DNA of 56,936 nucleotides from positions 1 to 56,936 of the forward strand of contig JAUROA010000028.1 in assembly GCA_030835745.1 (NCBI GenBank), read 5' to 3'. A model generated the notes under the pieces. It was not told the DNA's origin and made no database searches. It worked only from the letters and a program-made list of their open reading frames with translations. Origin of the DNA: Alphaproteobacteria bacterium. GTDB lineage: Bacteria; Pseudomonadota; Alphaproteobacteria; Rickettsiales; UBA1997. Below are positions 19,723 through 31,893 of the stretch, piece by piece (the first letter of the stretch is position 1; every line of letters starts with the position of its first letter). The position numbers and the translations under genes were made by a program.

Positions 19723-22700
19723 TTACATATCTTGCAAACACACAACATCAAATGATGATTCTAAATTGCGCAATTTTTCAATTGAATTAACTGCACATTG
19801 AGCGGCTCTCATTGTTGTTAAATAAAAGATTTGATTCATCAAAATTTCTCGTCTCATATTAAAGCTTTTAGCAATTGATATTGCATCTGCAGTTGTGTTA
19901 ATAACGAGATTTACCTTTTTATCTTTAACTAATTTAATTACATTATATCCATCTTCATCTTCCTTGGCCACTATTTCTATATCTTTAATATTATTTTTAG
20001 TTAAAAATTTAGCAGTACCATTTGTGGCATATATTTTATAGCCTATTTTAACCAATCTTTTAGTCAGGTCAATTAAGCTATCATCTTTATCTTCATTGGC
20101 AATGGATATTAATATTGATAAATTATTATCATAAATCACCTTATTATTTGCCCCAATTTGGGCTTTTATAAAAGCAATATCAAAATCCTTATCGATCCCC
20201 ATAACCTCGCCGGTTGACTTCATCTCAGGGCTAAGTAAAATGTCAGTATTAGCAAATCTAGCAAATGGAAAAACAACCTCTTTTACCGCAAAATATTTAC
20301 TATTATTGCCATGATTGTTAAATTTGAACTCTTTTAATTTTTTACCAGCCATTATCAATGATGCAATTTTTGCAATATCATTACCAGTAGCTTTGGCAAC
20401 AAATGGAACTGTTCTTGAGGCCCTTGGATTAACCTCAATTACATAAAGTATGCTATCTTTAATTGCAAATTGAACATTCATTAAGCCAATTACACCAATG
20501 GATTTTGCTAATTTTATTGTTGCTTCCTTGATAATATTTATCTGATCTTGATTAAGCGAATATGGTGGCAATGAACAAGCTGAATCACCTGAGTGAATTC
20601 CTGCCTCTTCAATATGCTCCATAATGCCAGCAATCTCAACATCCATGCCGTCACTCAATGCATCAACATCAATTTCAATTGCATTATCAAGAAATTTATC
20701 AATTAATATTGGCCCATCCATTATTAAGCTAGAGTTAATTTCGATATATTTATCTAATGATTTTTTATCATAGATAATTTCCATTGCCCTACCACCAAGA
20801 ACATTGCTGGGCCTAATAACTACAGGGTAAGAAACTTTATCAATTGCAGATTCAACATCATTTAAATTATAACAGATTGAGTTTTTTGGTTGAATAAGAT
20901 TTATCTCATCTAACAATTTTTTAAATCTATCTCGATCTTCTGCCACATCAATTTTATCGAATGATGTGCCGATAATTTTTATATTTTCTTTGTCCAGTGA
21001 CTTGGCCAATTTTAGCGCTGTTTGCCCACCAAATTGCACAATAACTCCGATCAAATTACCCTTTTCTTGTTCTTTTTTAGCAATATTTATAACATGCTCA
21101 TCGCTCATTGGTTCAAAATAAAGACGATCTGATGTGTCATAGTCAGTTGATACTGTTTCTGGGTTACAATTAATCATTATAGTTTCATAACCCTCTTCTT
21201 TTAAGGCAAAGGCAGCATGAACACAGGCATAATCAAATTCAATACCCTGCCCTATTCTGTTTGGACCACCACCTAAAATAATTATTTTTTTATTGTCAGA
21301 AATATTAGCTTCGCAGTCAGGCTCGTTAATACCATCTCCTTCATAACATGAATACATATAATTTGTATATGATTCAAATTCAGCTGAACAAGTATCAACT
21401 CTTTTAAAAACAGGTTTTATATTATGTGATAATCTTAATTTATATATTTCTTCAACACTCTTTGATGATAATTGTGCCAATCTTGCATCACTAAAACCCA
21501 TTTTCTTTAGATTTAATAGGTAATTTTTGTCATTTTTAAGACCATCAATCTTGATTTTAGATTCTTGATCAATTATAGCCTTTATTTGCCTGATAAACCA
21601 TGGATCATATTTTGTAATATTGCATATTTCATCAATAGTAATATCATATCTTAGCGCTTGTGCGATAATTAATATTCTTTTAGGCGATAAATTATTAAGT
21701 TCTTTCTTGATAATTTCTTGCTTAACTGCCAAGGAGCTATCATGATTAATACCACTAATTTCAATCTCATTAAAACCGTTAAGACCAATCTCCATTGAGC
21801 ATAAACCTTTTTGTATTGACTCAGCAAAATTTCTACCAATTGCCATTACTTCGCCAACTGAGCGCATTGTACTTGATAGTGACTGAGTTGCGTCATTAAA
21901 TTTTTCAAATGTAAATCTTGGGATTTTAGTGACTATATAATCAATTGTTGGCTCAAATGAAGCTGGCGTTACTTTTGTTATATCATTTTTGATTTCATCT
22001 AAGCTGTAGCCAACCGCCAATAATGCAGCAACTTTTGCAATTGGAAACCCTGTTGCTTTAGAAGCAAGGGCAGAAGATCTTGATACCCTGGGATTCATTT
22101 CAATTACTACTAATCTTCCATCTTTTGGATTAACAGCAAATTGAACATTTGAGCCCCCTGTTTCAACACCAATTTCACGCAATACAGCAATAGAAGCATT
22201 GCGCATCTTTTGATATTCTTTATCAGTTAAAGTTAATGCTGGAGCAACCGTAATACTATCACCAGTATGAACGCCCATAGGATCAATATTTTCAATCGAA
22301 CATATTATAATAGCATTATCTTTATTATCTCTAATTACCTCCATCTCATATTCTTTCCAGCCTATTATCGATTCATCTATCTGAATTTCATTAACTGGAG
22401 ATATTGACAAGCCATAATTAACAATTTCGTCAAACTCTTCTTCACTATTTGCAATGCCACCACCTGCTCCACCAAGGGTAAATGAAGGCCTAATTATTGC
22501 TGGCAAACCAATATCTTTAAGAGCTTCTTTAGCTTGCTCAAATGATTTCACAATTGCATTTTTAGGCACTTCAAGACCAATTTTTTTCATGGCCTTATTA
22601 AATAAATCTCGATCTTCTGCCTTTTTAATTGCATTACTATCTGCGCCAATCATTTTTACATTATAGCGATCTAATATTTTATGACTTTCAAGTTCTAATG

Positions 22701-22995
22701 CACAATTTAGCGCAGTTTGCCCACCAACTGTTGGCAATATTGCATCAGGCCTTTCAATTGCAATTATTTTTTCTACAACCTCTTTGGTAATTGGCTCAAT
22801 ATATGTTCTATCTGCAGTATTTTTATCTGTCATGATAGTGGCTGGATTGGAATTAACCAATATAATTTTATAACCTTCATTTTTAAGAGCTTTACATGCT
22901 TGGGTACCGGAATAGTCAAATTCACATGCCTGTCCAATTACAATTGGTCCAGCTCCTATCACTAATATTGATTTTATGTCATTTATTTTTGGCAC
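19723..22995 (-). CDS. carB: Carbamoyl-phosphate synthase large subunit
   Basis: 1090 aa with duplicated ATP-grasp halves (two copies of [18 protein letters not shown] / [18 protein letters not shown]). Confidence 0.97.
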   Translation of the reverse strand: MPKINDIKSILVIGAGPIVIGQACEFDYSGTQACKALKNEGYKIILVNSNPATIMTDKNTADRTYIEPITKEVVEKIIAIERPDAILPTVGGQTALNCALELESHKILDRYNVKMIGADSNAIKKAEDRDLFNKAMKKIGLEVPKNAIVKSFEQAKEALKDIGLPAIIRPSFTLGGAGGGIANSEEEFDEIVNYGLSISPVNEIQIDESIIGWKEYEMEVIRDNKDNAIIICSIENIDPMGVHTGDSITVAPALTLTDKEYQKMRNASIAVLREIGVETGGSNVQFAVNPKDGRLVVIEMNPRVSRSSALASKATGFPIAKVAALLAVGYSLDEIKNDITKVTPASFEPTIDYIVTKIPRFTFEKFNDATQSLSSTMRSVGEVMAIGRNFAESIQKGLCSMEIGLNGFNEIEISGINHDSSLAVKQEIIKKELNNLSPKRILIIAQALRYDITIDEICNITKYDPWFIRQIKAIIDQESKIKIDGLKNDKNYLLNLKKMGFSDARLAQLSSKSVEEIYKLRLSHNIKPVFKRVDTCSAEFESYTNYMYSCYEGDGINEPDCEANISDNKKIIILGGGPNRIGQGIEFDYACVHAAFALKEEGYETIMINCNPETVSTDYDTSDRLYFEPMSDEHVINIAKKEQEKGNLIGVIVQFGGQTALKLAKSLDKENIKIIGTSFDKIDVAEDRDRFKKLLDEINLIQPKNSICYNLNDVESAIDKVSYPVVIRPSNVLGGRAMEIIYDKKSLDKYIEINSSLIMDGPILIDKFLDNAIEIDVDALSDGMDVEIAGIMEHIEEAGIHSGDSACSLPPYSLNQDQINIIKEATIKLAKSIGVIGLMNVQFAIKDSILYVIEVNPRASRTVPFVAKATGNDIAKIASLIMAGKKLKEFKFNNHGNNSKYFAVKEVVFPFARFANTDILLSPEMKSTGEVMGIDKDFDIAFIKAQIGANNKVIYDNNLSILISIANEDKDDSLIDLTKRLVKIGYKIYATNGTAKFLTKNNIKDIEIVAKEDEDGYNVIKLVKDKKVNLVINTTADAISIAKSFNMRREILMNQIFYLTTMRAAQCAVNSIEKLRNLESSFDVVCLQDM

Positions 22996-24116
22996 TGCTG
23001 CTCCTTAATTAATTTTATGAATTCATCGAATAAATATCTACTATCATGAGGACCTGGTGAACTCTCCGGGTGATATTGAACAGAAAATGCCGGCTTATCT
23101 TTTAATTTTATACCTTGAATTGTATTATCAAAAAGTGATTTATGAGTTATTATTATATTGTCAGTTAAATTTTGATCATCAACGCAAAATCCATGATTTT
23201 GACTGGTAATTTCAACTATGTTTTTGATGTAATTTTTAACCGGATGATTCGCCCCCCTGTGACCTTGATGCATTTTGATAGTTTTTAAACCGCATGAAAG
23301 AGCCAATAATTGATGACCCAAACAAATTCCAAATATTGGAATATTATTTTCAAGCAATTTATCTATTAAAGGCTTTGCAATTTTCGAGGTTGCTACTGGA
23401 TCTCCAGGACCATTTGATAATAATACGGCGTTAATATTATGATCCAAAATATCTTGATAAGAGCTATTGGCTGGCATAATAATAATATTGACATCATATT
23501 GCTTTAGGCAGTTAATGATATTTTCTTTGACCCCAAAATCAATAACTGCGATATTTATATTGCTACTACTAGTTTTGTGATAATATTTTATTTCAGAAAT
23601 TGATGTCTTACTAGCCAAATCTTGATCCTTTAATGTTGGAAGATCTTTTATCTGAGATATTAGCTTATCTGTATCAATAACCTCTCCTATTTGAGCATTA
23701 AATATAATGCCATTTTTGGCGCCATTAATTCTAATATGCTTTGTTAATTGTCTGGTATCAATATTGCAAATTGCTATGAGATTGTTTTTTTTTGCCCAAT
23801 CATTTAGAGTAATTTCGCTGCGATAATTAGAGTCAAGACTAACATCTTGACTAAGGACAAATCCTTTGCAATGAATTTTGCTTGATTCAAGATCTTGATT
23901 ATTGCAGCCAACATTGCCAATATGAGGAAAAGTAAATGTGATAAGCTGACCATTATATGAAGGATCGCTCAATATTTCTTGATATCCAGTAATTGCTGTA
24001 TTAAAACAAATTTCACCAATTGCGCATCCATTGCTACCTACAGATTTGCCAAAAAAAAATATACCGTCACTCAAGCATAACACAGAGTTGGTATGTTCAT
24101 TGGCTGCAATTTTCAT
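22983..24116 (-). CDS. carA: Carbamoyl-phosphate synthase small (glutaminase) subunit
   Basis: GATase-1 motif GICLGHQLL and YHPE; 13-nt overlap with carB. Confidence 0.95.
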   Translation of the reverse strand: MKIAANEHTNSVLCLSDGIFFFGKSVGSNGCAIGEICFNTAITGYQEILSDPSYNGQLITFTFPHIGNVGCNNQDLESSKIHCKGFVLSQDVSLDSNYRSEITLNDWAKKNNLIAICNIDTRQLTKHIRINGAKNGIIFNAQIGEVIDTDKLISQIKDLPTLKDQDLASKTSISEIKYYHKTSSSNINIAVIDFGVKENIINCLKQYDVNIIIMPANSSYQDILDHNINAVLLSNGPGDPVATSKIAKPLIDKLLENNIPIFGICLGHQLLALSCGLKTIKMHQGHRGANHPVKNYIKNIVEITSQNHGFCVDDQNLTDNIIITHKSLFDNTIQGIKLKDKPAFSVQYHPESSPGPHDSRYLFDEFIKLIKEQQCQK

Positions 24117-24150
24117 TTTATCAAAATATGAGATTTAATTATTAAGCGCT

Positions 24151-25095
24151 TTAAATATTTACTATCTTATGATCCTTCATTAAATTTAGCAAGGCCATTC
24201 TTATAAAAACTGCCAACTCTGCCTGTAAAAAATATTTTGCTTTAGCTGATTCATCAACTTCAATTGCCACTTCGTCAACTCTTGGCAAGGGGTGAAGTAT
24301 TATTAAATCATCTTTTGTTTTAGATAATAAATTATTATTAATGAGATATTTACCATTTATCTGATTATATTCTTCAATATTTTCAAATCTTTCTTTTTGC
24401 ACCCTAACAACATATAAAACGTCTAATTTGTCGATATCATTTTCAATTATATCGGTCTCTGTTAATTTAACGTTATTTTTTAATAATTTATCTTTGTGAG
24501 AATCTTTAATTTTTGAAGATTCAGGAGATATTAGAGTAAATTCATTATCCTGATAAAGTGATAATAATTTTATTAAAGAATATGCCGTTCTGCTATATTT
24601 TAAATCTCCAACCAAACCTATTTTTAAATTATTTAGCCTCTTTTTAGTGTTTAAAATAGTAAATAAATCTGCTAAAGATTGGGTTGGATGCTCGTTAGCA
24701 CCGTCACCACCATTAATTACGGGTATTGAAGAATATTTGGCAAATTTAAATGCACTATCCATTTCGGGGTGCCTAATAACAACTAGATCTGCATATTTAC
24801 TAAATACCCGACCCATATCTTCCAGAGTTTCTCCTTTTGTTACAGATGAAAATGATCCTTGCTCAAGTGAAAGCAATTTGCCATTAAGTTTTATCATGGC
24901 CGATTCAAAAGAAAATCTAGTTCTTGTGCTTGGTTCAAAAAATAATGTAGCTAAAATATAGTCCTGGCAGTCATTAATAGATTTTTTATCTTTAAAAGAT
25001 TTTATATATTGCTTAGCCAAGCTGAAAATAATATCAATATCATTTCTAGTAATTTGATTAGAGCTTAAAAGATGTTGAAATGATAATTTATGCAC
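24151..25095 (-). CDS. pyrB: Aspartate carbamoyltransferase catalytic subunit
   Basis: Motifs STRTR and HPLPR; 314 aa; sits upstream of carAB on the same strand. Confidence 0.93.
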   Translation of the reverse strand: MHKLSFQHLLSSNQITRNDIDIIFSLAKQYIKSFKDKKSINDCQDYILATLFFEPSTRTRFSFESAMIKLNGKLLSLEQGSFSSVTKGETLEDMGRVFSKYADLVVIRHPEMDSAFKFAKYSSIPVINGGDGANEHPTQSLADLFTILNTKKRLNNLKIGLVGDLKYSRTAYSLIKLLSLYQDNEFTLISPESSKIKDSHKDKLLKNNVKLTETDIIENDIDKLDVLYVVRVQKERFENIEEYNQINGKYLINNNLLSKTKDDLIILHPLPRVDEVAIEVDESAKAKYFLQAELAVFIRMALLNLMKDHKIVNI

Positions 25096-25106
25096 AACCT
25101 TATATA

Positions 25107-25655
25107 TTATTTAACATCAGCTGCTACTCTGACTGATATCATGGCGTCTGGATTATCAACCGACCCATTTGGACCATTTCCTTTTTTAATTTTATCTACA
25201 AATTCCATACCTTTTATTACCCTACCCCATACTGTGTACTGATTATCAAGAAAATTTGAATCATCTGTAACAATAAAAAATTGACTATTAGCACTATTTG
25301 GATCTTGCGCTCTTGCCATTGAAACAGCACCTCTATTGTGAGGCTCGCTATTAAATTCAGCTTTTAAATCTGGTAATTTACTACCCCCCATTCCAGTGCC
25401 AGTAGGGTCACCTGTTTGAGCCATAAACCCTGTAATAACCCTGTGAAATACTATATTATCATAAAATTTTTGCCTTGCTAATGTTTTTATTCTAGCTACA
25501 TGATTAGGGGCAATATCGTTTAGTAATTGAATTTCAACCCTACCATATTCTAGATCTATATATAAGATATTTTCAAGATCTTGATTTTGTGCATTAGCCT
25601 GACTCATAAGAAATATTAAAGAAATTAAATTGATTAGAATTTTTTTCATTTGCAA
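25107..25655 (-). CDS. Periplasmic cyclophilin-type peptidyl-prolyl cis-trans isomerase
   Basis: Signal peptide ending ...SQANA; motifs FHRVITGFMAQTGDP and SANSQFFI. Confidence 0.9.
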   Translation of the reverse strand: MQMKKILINLISLIFLMSQANAQNQDLENILYIDLEYGRVEIQLLNDIAPNHVARIKTLARQKFYDNIVFHRVITGFMAQTGDPTGTGMGGSKLPDLKAEFNSEPHNRGAVSMARAQDPNSANSQFFIVTDDSNFLDNQYTVWGRVIKGMEFVDKIKKGNGPNGSVDNPDAMISVRVAADVK

Positions 25656-25793
25656 AAAATTATGTAATTTATATATTAAATGAAGCTTAAAAATAAATGC
25701 TTAATAGTAAATATATTCAATCAAACAAATTACAATGAACTTTATAATCATCAAGCATTTCTATTTGTTTTTTTAAATAAAGTAAGTTATTAT

Positions 25794-25813
25794 TTCTATG
25801 TTTAAACATAGAA
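25794..25813. promoter_or_regulatory. Perfect 20-bp palindrome TTCTATGTTTAAACATAGAA 21 nt upstream of the leuA ATG (candidate operator or leader hairpin)
   Basis: Read directly. A related half-site, ATTTCTATTTG, lies at about 25758-25768. Confidence 0.3.
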
Positions 25814-25834
25814 TCTTGAAATTATTTTTCAAAA

Positions 25835-27346
25835 ATGCCGAATGACAAAATAATTATTTTTGATACAACATTGCGTGACGGTGAGCAAGCTCCTGGCGCC
25901 TCGATGAATATTCAAGAAAAACTCCTTATTGCTAAAATCCTTGAGCAAATGAATGTTGATGTAATTGAAGCAGGTTTTCCAGCGGCATCTGATGGTGATT
26001 TTGCCGCTGTGCAAAATATTGCCAAAAATATTACCCAGTCTTCAATCTGCGGACTTGCCCGAGCCAAAAAAAATGACATTGAAAAAGTTGCCCAAGCTAT
26101 TGCTCCTGCCCCAAAGAAGAGAATTCATACCTTTATTGCGACTAGCCCGATACATATGGAGTTCAAATTAAAAATGGATCAAAACCAAGTGCTACAAGCA
26201 ATAAAAGATAGCGTTTCCTTGGCTCGTAATTTATGCGACCAAGTTGATTGGTCTTGTGAAGATGCTACGCGTTCTAATCATGATTTTTTATTTAAAGCAA
26301 TTGAAGTAGCAATTAACTCTGGAGCAAATGTTATTAATATACCAGACACAGTTGGTTACAGCACGCCAGATGATTACTATAATTTAGTAACAGCGATTAA
26401 AGAAAATGTAATTAATATTGACAAAGCTATAATTTCAACCCATTGTCACAATGATCTTGGGCTAGCGGTTGCAAATTCACTATCGGCAATTCAAGCGGGT
26501 GCTCGTCAGGTTGAATGTACTATTAACGGCATAGGAGAAAGAGCTGGTAACTGCGCTCTAGAAGAAGTTGTTATGACTCTCAAAACAAGATTTGATCAAT
26601 ATAAAATAGACACTAATATTGATACTACCCTTATATCTAGAGCATCAAAATTAGTATCAAACATTACTGGCTTTCCTATTCAATATAATAAAGCAATAGT
26701 TGGGGCTAATGCTTTTGCCCATGAAAGCGGTATTCATCAAGATGGCATGCTAAAAAACAGAAATACTTATGAGATTATGACTCCTGAATCAATAGGATTA
26801 CAAAAATCATCATTGATATTAGGCAAGCATTCTGGAAGAGCAGCATTCAAAGATCGATTAACAGCCATAGGGTACGAGCTAAATGATGAACAAATTGAAG
26901 CTAATTTTATAAAATTTAAAGATTTGGCTGATAAAAAGAAAGAAATACTCGATGACGATATCATTGCAATTATAGATGACTCAATATCTCATAAGGTAGC
27001 AAATTATAAACTAAAAGATTTAAACATTAAATGTGGCAATAATAAAGAAGCTATTGCAAATATTATAATAACCATTGAAGATAAAGAACATAGTGCAAAT
27101 TTTTCTTCAAAGGATGGTCCGGTTGACGCAATTTTTAAAGCTATTGATAGTATTATAAAACATGATGCCAATCTAGAGCTTTATCAAGTTCAAGCTGTTA
27201 CCGAGGGTGCAGATGCTCTAGCGAAAGTAATTGTTAGAATGCGCTTTAACAAAAAATTATATTCTGGCAATGGATCCAATAGCGATGTGCTAGTTGCTTC
27301 TGCTATTGCATATATTAACTGCTTAGAAAAGTTTAATCGCCAATAA
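25835..27346 (+). CDS. leuA: 2-isopropylmalate synthase
   Basis: Motifs TTLRDGEQAPG and HCHNDLGLAVAN, plus a C-terminal LeuA regulatory/dimerisation-type domain; 503 aa. Confidence 0.88.
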   Translation: MPNDKIIIFDTTLRDGEQAPGASMNIQEKLLIAKILEQMNVDVIEAGFPAASDGDFAAVQNIAKNITQSSICGLARAKKNDIEKVAQAIAPAPKKRIHTFIATSPIHMEFKLKMDQNQVLQAIKDSVSLARNLCDQVDWSCEDATRSNHDFLFKAIEVAINSGANVINIPDTVGYSTPDDYYNLVTAIKENVINIDKAIISTHCHNDLGLAVANSLSAIQAGARQVECTINGIGERAGNCALEEVVMTLKTRFDQYKIDTNIDTTLISRASKLVSNITGFPIQYNKAIVGANAFAHESGIHQDGMLKNRNTYEIMTPESIGLQKSSLILGKHSGRAAFKDRLTAIGYELNDEQIEANFIKFKDLADKKKEILDDDIIAIIDDSISHKVANYKLKDLNIKCGNNKEAIANIIITIEDKEHSANFSSKDGPVDAIFKAIDSIIKHDANLELYQVQAVTEGADALAKVIVRMRFNKKLYSGNGSNSDVLVASAIAYINCLEKFNRQ

Positions 27347-27380
27347 TTTGGTTTTAATAAATTTTAATTTTAATTAATAA

Positions 27381-28433
<1,053 letters not shown>

Positions 28434-28441
28434 TTTTTACA

Positions 28442-29281
28442 ATGAAGCAATATATTAACTTTAATCATAATAGCTCTGTAGCAAGCATTGGTTATATTTT
28501 TAAAGTTATATATAAAAAAATTGAATTCTTATTATATATATTTTTATCAATTATTTTTTTAATTGGATCTAAGGCACAAAGCAATTTTGTGAAAAATATA
28601 TCCCACATTTTTATAGAAATTTCACTGCCAATATCTCAAGCTATATCGCTACCTTTTAACATTGCCCATGATCTAATGTTTAATTATAAAGAATTGCTAA
28701 TTGCCAAAGATAAAAATAAACAATTAGAATATGAAATTAATCAACTTAAATCATTTTATATTAAATCTCTTAATATATTTGAAGAAAATCGCGAATTAAA
28801 AAAAATTCTTAACCTTGCATCAACAAAAAGTTCAAATTTTAAAGTAGCCAGAATTTTCAGCCGCTCTCATCAGATTTTTAATCAACAAATATATATAAAT
28901 ATTGGTCATAATCAAAATATTAAAGCAGGAAGTCTTGTAACAGGAAATAACGGAATAATTGGTAGAGTACTAAATGTAATGAATGACATTTCAAGTGTTA
29001 TTTTGCTAAATGATTCTAGATCTAAAATACCGGTAATAATTTCAAATTCACGCATTAGAGCAATATTAGCAGGAAATAATAGCAATATATTAAGATTAAT
29101 TTATTTACCTAAAGATCACAATATAAAAAAGGGTGACTTAATATATACATCTGGCGATGGTGACACTCTTCCCCCTGGTCATCTAGCAGGAATGGTAACG
29201 AATGTCAAAGGTGAGGATGTTGAAGTCAAAATGATAGAAAGCGTCAACTCCACAGATATTGTTTCAATTGTTGAATATTAA
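28442..29281 (+). CDS. mreC: Rod shape-determining protein MreC
   Basis: Lies directly after mreB. It has an N-terminal TM segment, a coiled coil (LEYEINQLK) and a beta-rich C-domain (GIIGRV...). I am inferring from position plus layout. Confidence 0.75.
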   Translation: MKQYINFNHNSSVASIGYIFKVIYKKIEFLLYIFLSIIFLIGSKAQSNFVKNISHIFIEISLPISQAISLPFNIAHDLMFNYKELLIAKDKNKQLEYEINQLKSFYIKSLNIFEENRELKKILNLASTKSSNFKVARIFSRSHQIFNQQIYINIGHNQNIKAGSLVTGNNGIIGRVLNVMNDISSVILLNDSRSKIPVIISNSRIRAILAGNNSNILRLIYLPKDHNIKKGDLIYTSGDGDTLPPGHLAGMVTNVKGEDVEVKMIESVNSTDIVSIVEY

Positions 29282-29527
29282 AATCATTAGCAGCCAGCCA
29301 TTAATTGTGTGAAAATAGCTTTACAGTAAAGCTTTAATAATTGTAAAAGATATCGTAACTCGTTTTAAGTTAAACATTATTTCGCACAAAAAAGATTATA
29401 AAAATAATTTTGCAAATTTTGATGCATAAATGGCTATTTATAATGCAATATTTTATTCAGGAAAATTGTGTCTCAACCCAAAATATATCCCCCCAAAAAT
29501 ATTTCAACACTTCTAGGTTACTATTGA

Positions 29528-30013
29528 TCAATTTAATGATTCATCAACCTTTCCTGGCTCCAAATCATTAAGAAAAACATTTAGCTTAACAGATTCCATT
29601 GCTGTTTGATCTTTATTTGGCCTTAAAATATTAACATCTTTATCCTTAAACTGATTATTTAAAGCTTGTTTTAAGACATTTTTCATATCTATAAAAGGAC
29701 TAATAGTGTCTATAACATAAATATTATCGCCAGAATTCCATTCATTGGGCGACAAGCGCAATATTCCAGACTTAAGTCTATTTTCAACATCTTCACTAAC
29801 TTTTGCCCAGCTAATAAAAGAAACGGGCTCTCCTTGTTTGTTACGATATAAAATAAATTGTTTATTGGCAATTGCCGGCACAATAAGCCATTCAAAATCA
29901 CCTGCAAATAGATATTTATGAGCTGGAGACTTAGTTGCCAAAAGCAATATTGCCCCAAGGGCACTTTCCATTGCTATATATGCTGGCGTTTTACTATTAT
30001 TATCTTTAGTCAT
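29528..30013 (-). CDS. RTX-toxin-activating lysine acyltransferase family protein (HlyC/CyaC-like), orphan
   Basis: Core ...FILYRNKQGEPVSFISWAKVSEDVENRL...LSPNEWNSGDNIYVIDTISPF matches the HlyC family pattern as I recall it. The track ORF extends to a TTG at 30073; I prefer the ATG at 30013 (161 aa). Confidence 0.75.
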   Translation of the reverse strand: MTKDNNSKTPAYIAMESALGAILLLATKSPAHKYLFAGDFEWLIVPAIANKQFILYRNKQGEPVSFISWAKVSEDVENRLKSGILRLSPNEWNSGDNIYVIDTISPFIDMKNVLKQALNNQFKDKDVNILRPNKDQTAMESVKLNVFLNDLEPGKVDESLN

Positions 30014-30262
30014 AGAGATTGGCTTTAAGTTAAAATTAAAATGATATTTTTTTAGCAAAAAATTAATATGCAATGATATTTTTAATGAAAGGATTTTTAT
30101 ATTGCCAAGCCTTATTCATATCAATCTATAATAATACCAAAAACTATTTTAAAAATTGAATAATTGAAATTTAATATGATTTGATGAATTGGAATTAGGG
30201 TCAAATAATATTAATTAACTTTAATATTTGTTATGAGTGATAATTGCTATATGATATATTTA

Positions 30263-30348
30263 TGGTGCGGTCGAGAAGACTTGAACTTCCACGAACATAG
30301 TTCACAACGCCCTCAACGTTGCGCGTCTACCAATTCCGCCACGACCGC
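30263..30348 (-). tRNA. tRNA-Leu (anticodon GAG), CCA encoded
   Basis: The reverse complement is GCGGTCGTGGCGGAATTGGTAGACGCG-CAACG-TTGAGGG-CGTTG-...GAAGTTCAAGTCTTC-TCGACCGC-ACCA, with a long variable arm. Confidence 0.9.
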
Positions 30349-30375
30349 TTAAATAAAATTCTTTGAATGAATAAA

Positions 30376-31893
30376 TTAATTATTCACATTATTTATAAAA
30401 TATTTTGATTTTTCAATAATATCTTTTTGTTTTTTTTCAGTCATTTTATCTAGATTGCTATATGCAATTGCCATTCTATGATTTTTCCTAAATTTATCTT
30501 GATGCAATATCAAAAAATTCCAATATAAGTAATTAAATGGACATGAATTATTTTTATCAGTAGTTTTTACATCATAATAGCATTTTTTGCAATAATCAGA
30601 CATTCTGTTAATATAGGCCCCTCCTGATATATAAGGCTTAGTTGCCACTATTCCACCATCGCCATATTGTGACATCCCTATAGTATTTGGAGACTCAACC
30701 CATTCAAATGCATCAATATACACAGCTAGATACCATTGATGTATTTGCATTACATCAATTTGTGTTAATAAGGCAAAATTTCCTGTTATCATTAATCTTT
30801 GTATATGATGAGAATATGCGTAATTTATGGTTGAATTTAAAGCATTTTTTAAGCAATTTAGCTCAGTTTTACCTGTCCAATAGAATTCAGGCAAATCATT
30901 CTTATGATTAAGGAAATTTTTTTCACAATATCCAGGCATATAATGCCAATATATTCCCCTGATAAATTCACGCCACCCTAGAATTTGTCTTATAAAGCCC
31001 TCAACACTATTTAATGGCGCTTTATTTTCATCATAATATTTTTGCGCCATATTGCAGCAATATTTAGGACATAATAATCCGATATTTAAGTAGCATGATA
31101 TAATGCTATGGAATAAGAAACTTTGATCATTCATCATGGCATCTTGATATTGCCCATAATTTTTTAAATTATTATCTAAAAAATATCTTAAGGCAATTTC
31201 AGCTTGCTCTTTGGTTACTCCATAATTAAAGTTATCAGATTTGCCCATATTACCTTTAAATTCTTTTTCAACCAACCTTATAACTTCTTTTGTTATTTTA
31301 TCATGCTCGAATTTTAGTGGCTTATTTATAATATTGCTATCCTTGATTGTTTTACGATTTTCTTTATCATAATTCCACTTTCCACCAATAGGCTTATTAC
31401 CCTGCATTAAAATTTGGTTATCTAATCTTAACTTTCTGTAATAATATTCTAGCGTTAGCTCCTTTCTTCCTTTGGCCCAGCTGTTAAATGTGTTAAGAGA
31501 TGCAAAAAATCTATTATCATCGAGAAAATTTACATCATATTTTTTATGAAGCTTTTCAAGATCTTTTAATAATCTATATTCACCTGGTTTTGTTATTACA
31601 AGTTGGTTAATATTTTTTTCATTTGATAATTTTTCAATCTCTTCTCTAATAGTATGGCTATTATTATCATCATATTTGACATATTTAATCTTATAACCTT
31701 TTTTTTGTAACTTATCAGCAAAATTTCTCATTGCTGAAAAAATTAATATTATTTTATGCTTATGATGCCTAACATAGGTAGCTTCAGCTTTTACCTCGGC
31801 CATCAATATTATATCATCTTTTTTATTTATATATTGTAATGTAGCTATATTTTCACTGAGCTGATCGCCCAATATTAGGCCAATTTTAGACAT
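30376..31893 (-). CDS. phrB: FeS-BCP class cryptochrome/photolyase (bacterial (6-4) photolyase, PhrB/CryB-like)
   Basis: 505 aa. Cys at positions 347, 435, 438 and 451 (my count) reproduce the C-x87-C-x2-C-x12-C spacing of the [4Fe-4S] ligands of A. tumefaciens PhrB (350/438/441/454). Overall layout is COG3046-like. Confidence 0.8.
   Translation of the reverse strand: MSKIGLILGDQLSENIATLQYINKKDDIILMAEVKAEATYVRHHKHKIILIFSAMRNFADKLQKKGYKIKYVKYDDNNSHTIREEIEKLSNEKNINQLVITKPGEYRLLKDLEKLHKKYDVNFLDDNRFFASLNTFNSWAKGRKELTLEYYYRKLRLDNQILMQGNKPIGGKWNYDKENRKTIKDSNIINKPLKFEHDKITKEVIRLVEKEFKGNMGKSDNFNYGVTKEQAEIALRYFLDNNLKNYGQYQDAMMNDQSFLFHSIISCYLNIGLLCPKYCCNMAQKYYDENKAPLNSVEGFIRQILGWREFIRGIYWHYMPGYCEKNFLNHKNDLPEFYWTGKTELNCLKNALNSTINYAYSHHIQRLMITGNFALLTQIDVMQIHQWYLAVYIDAFEWVESPNTIGMSQYGDGGIVATKPYISGGAYINRMSDYCKKCYYDVKTTDKNNSCPFNYLYWNFLILHQDKFRKNHRMAIAYSNLDKMTEKKQKDIIEKSKYFINNVNN

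Noticed and set aside
25735-25776. A 13-codon upstream ORF (MNFIIIKHFYLFF) as a leucine attenuation leader peptide for leuA.
   Set aside because: It has a single Leu codon and no Leu-codon run (three Ile and four Phe instead). The downstream hairpin is not followed directly by a U-tract, so it does not look like a classic attenuator.
29317-29333. The hairpin AGCTTTA-CAG-TAAAGCT after mreC as an intrinsic terminator.
   Set aside because: The stem is only 7 bp and AT-rich, and there is no adjoining U-run. It cannot be distinguished from chance in this composition.
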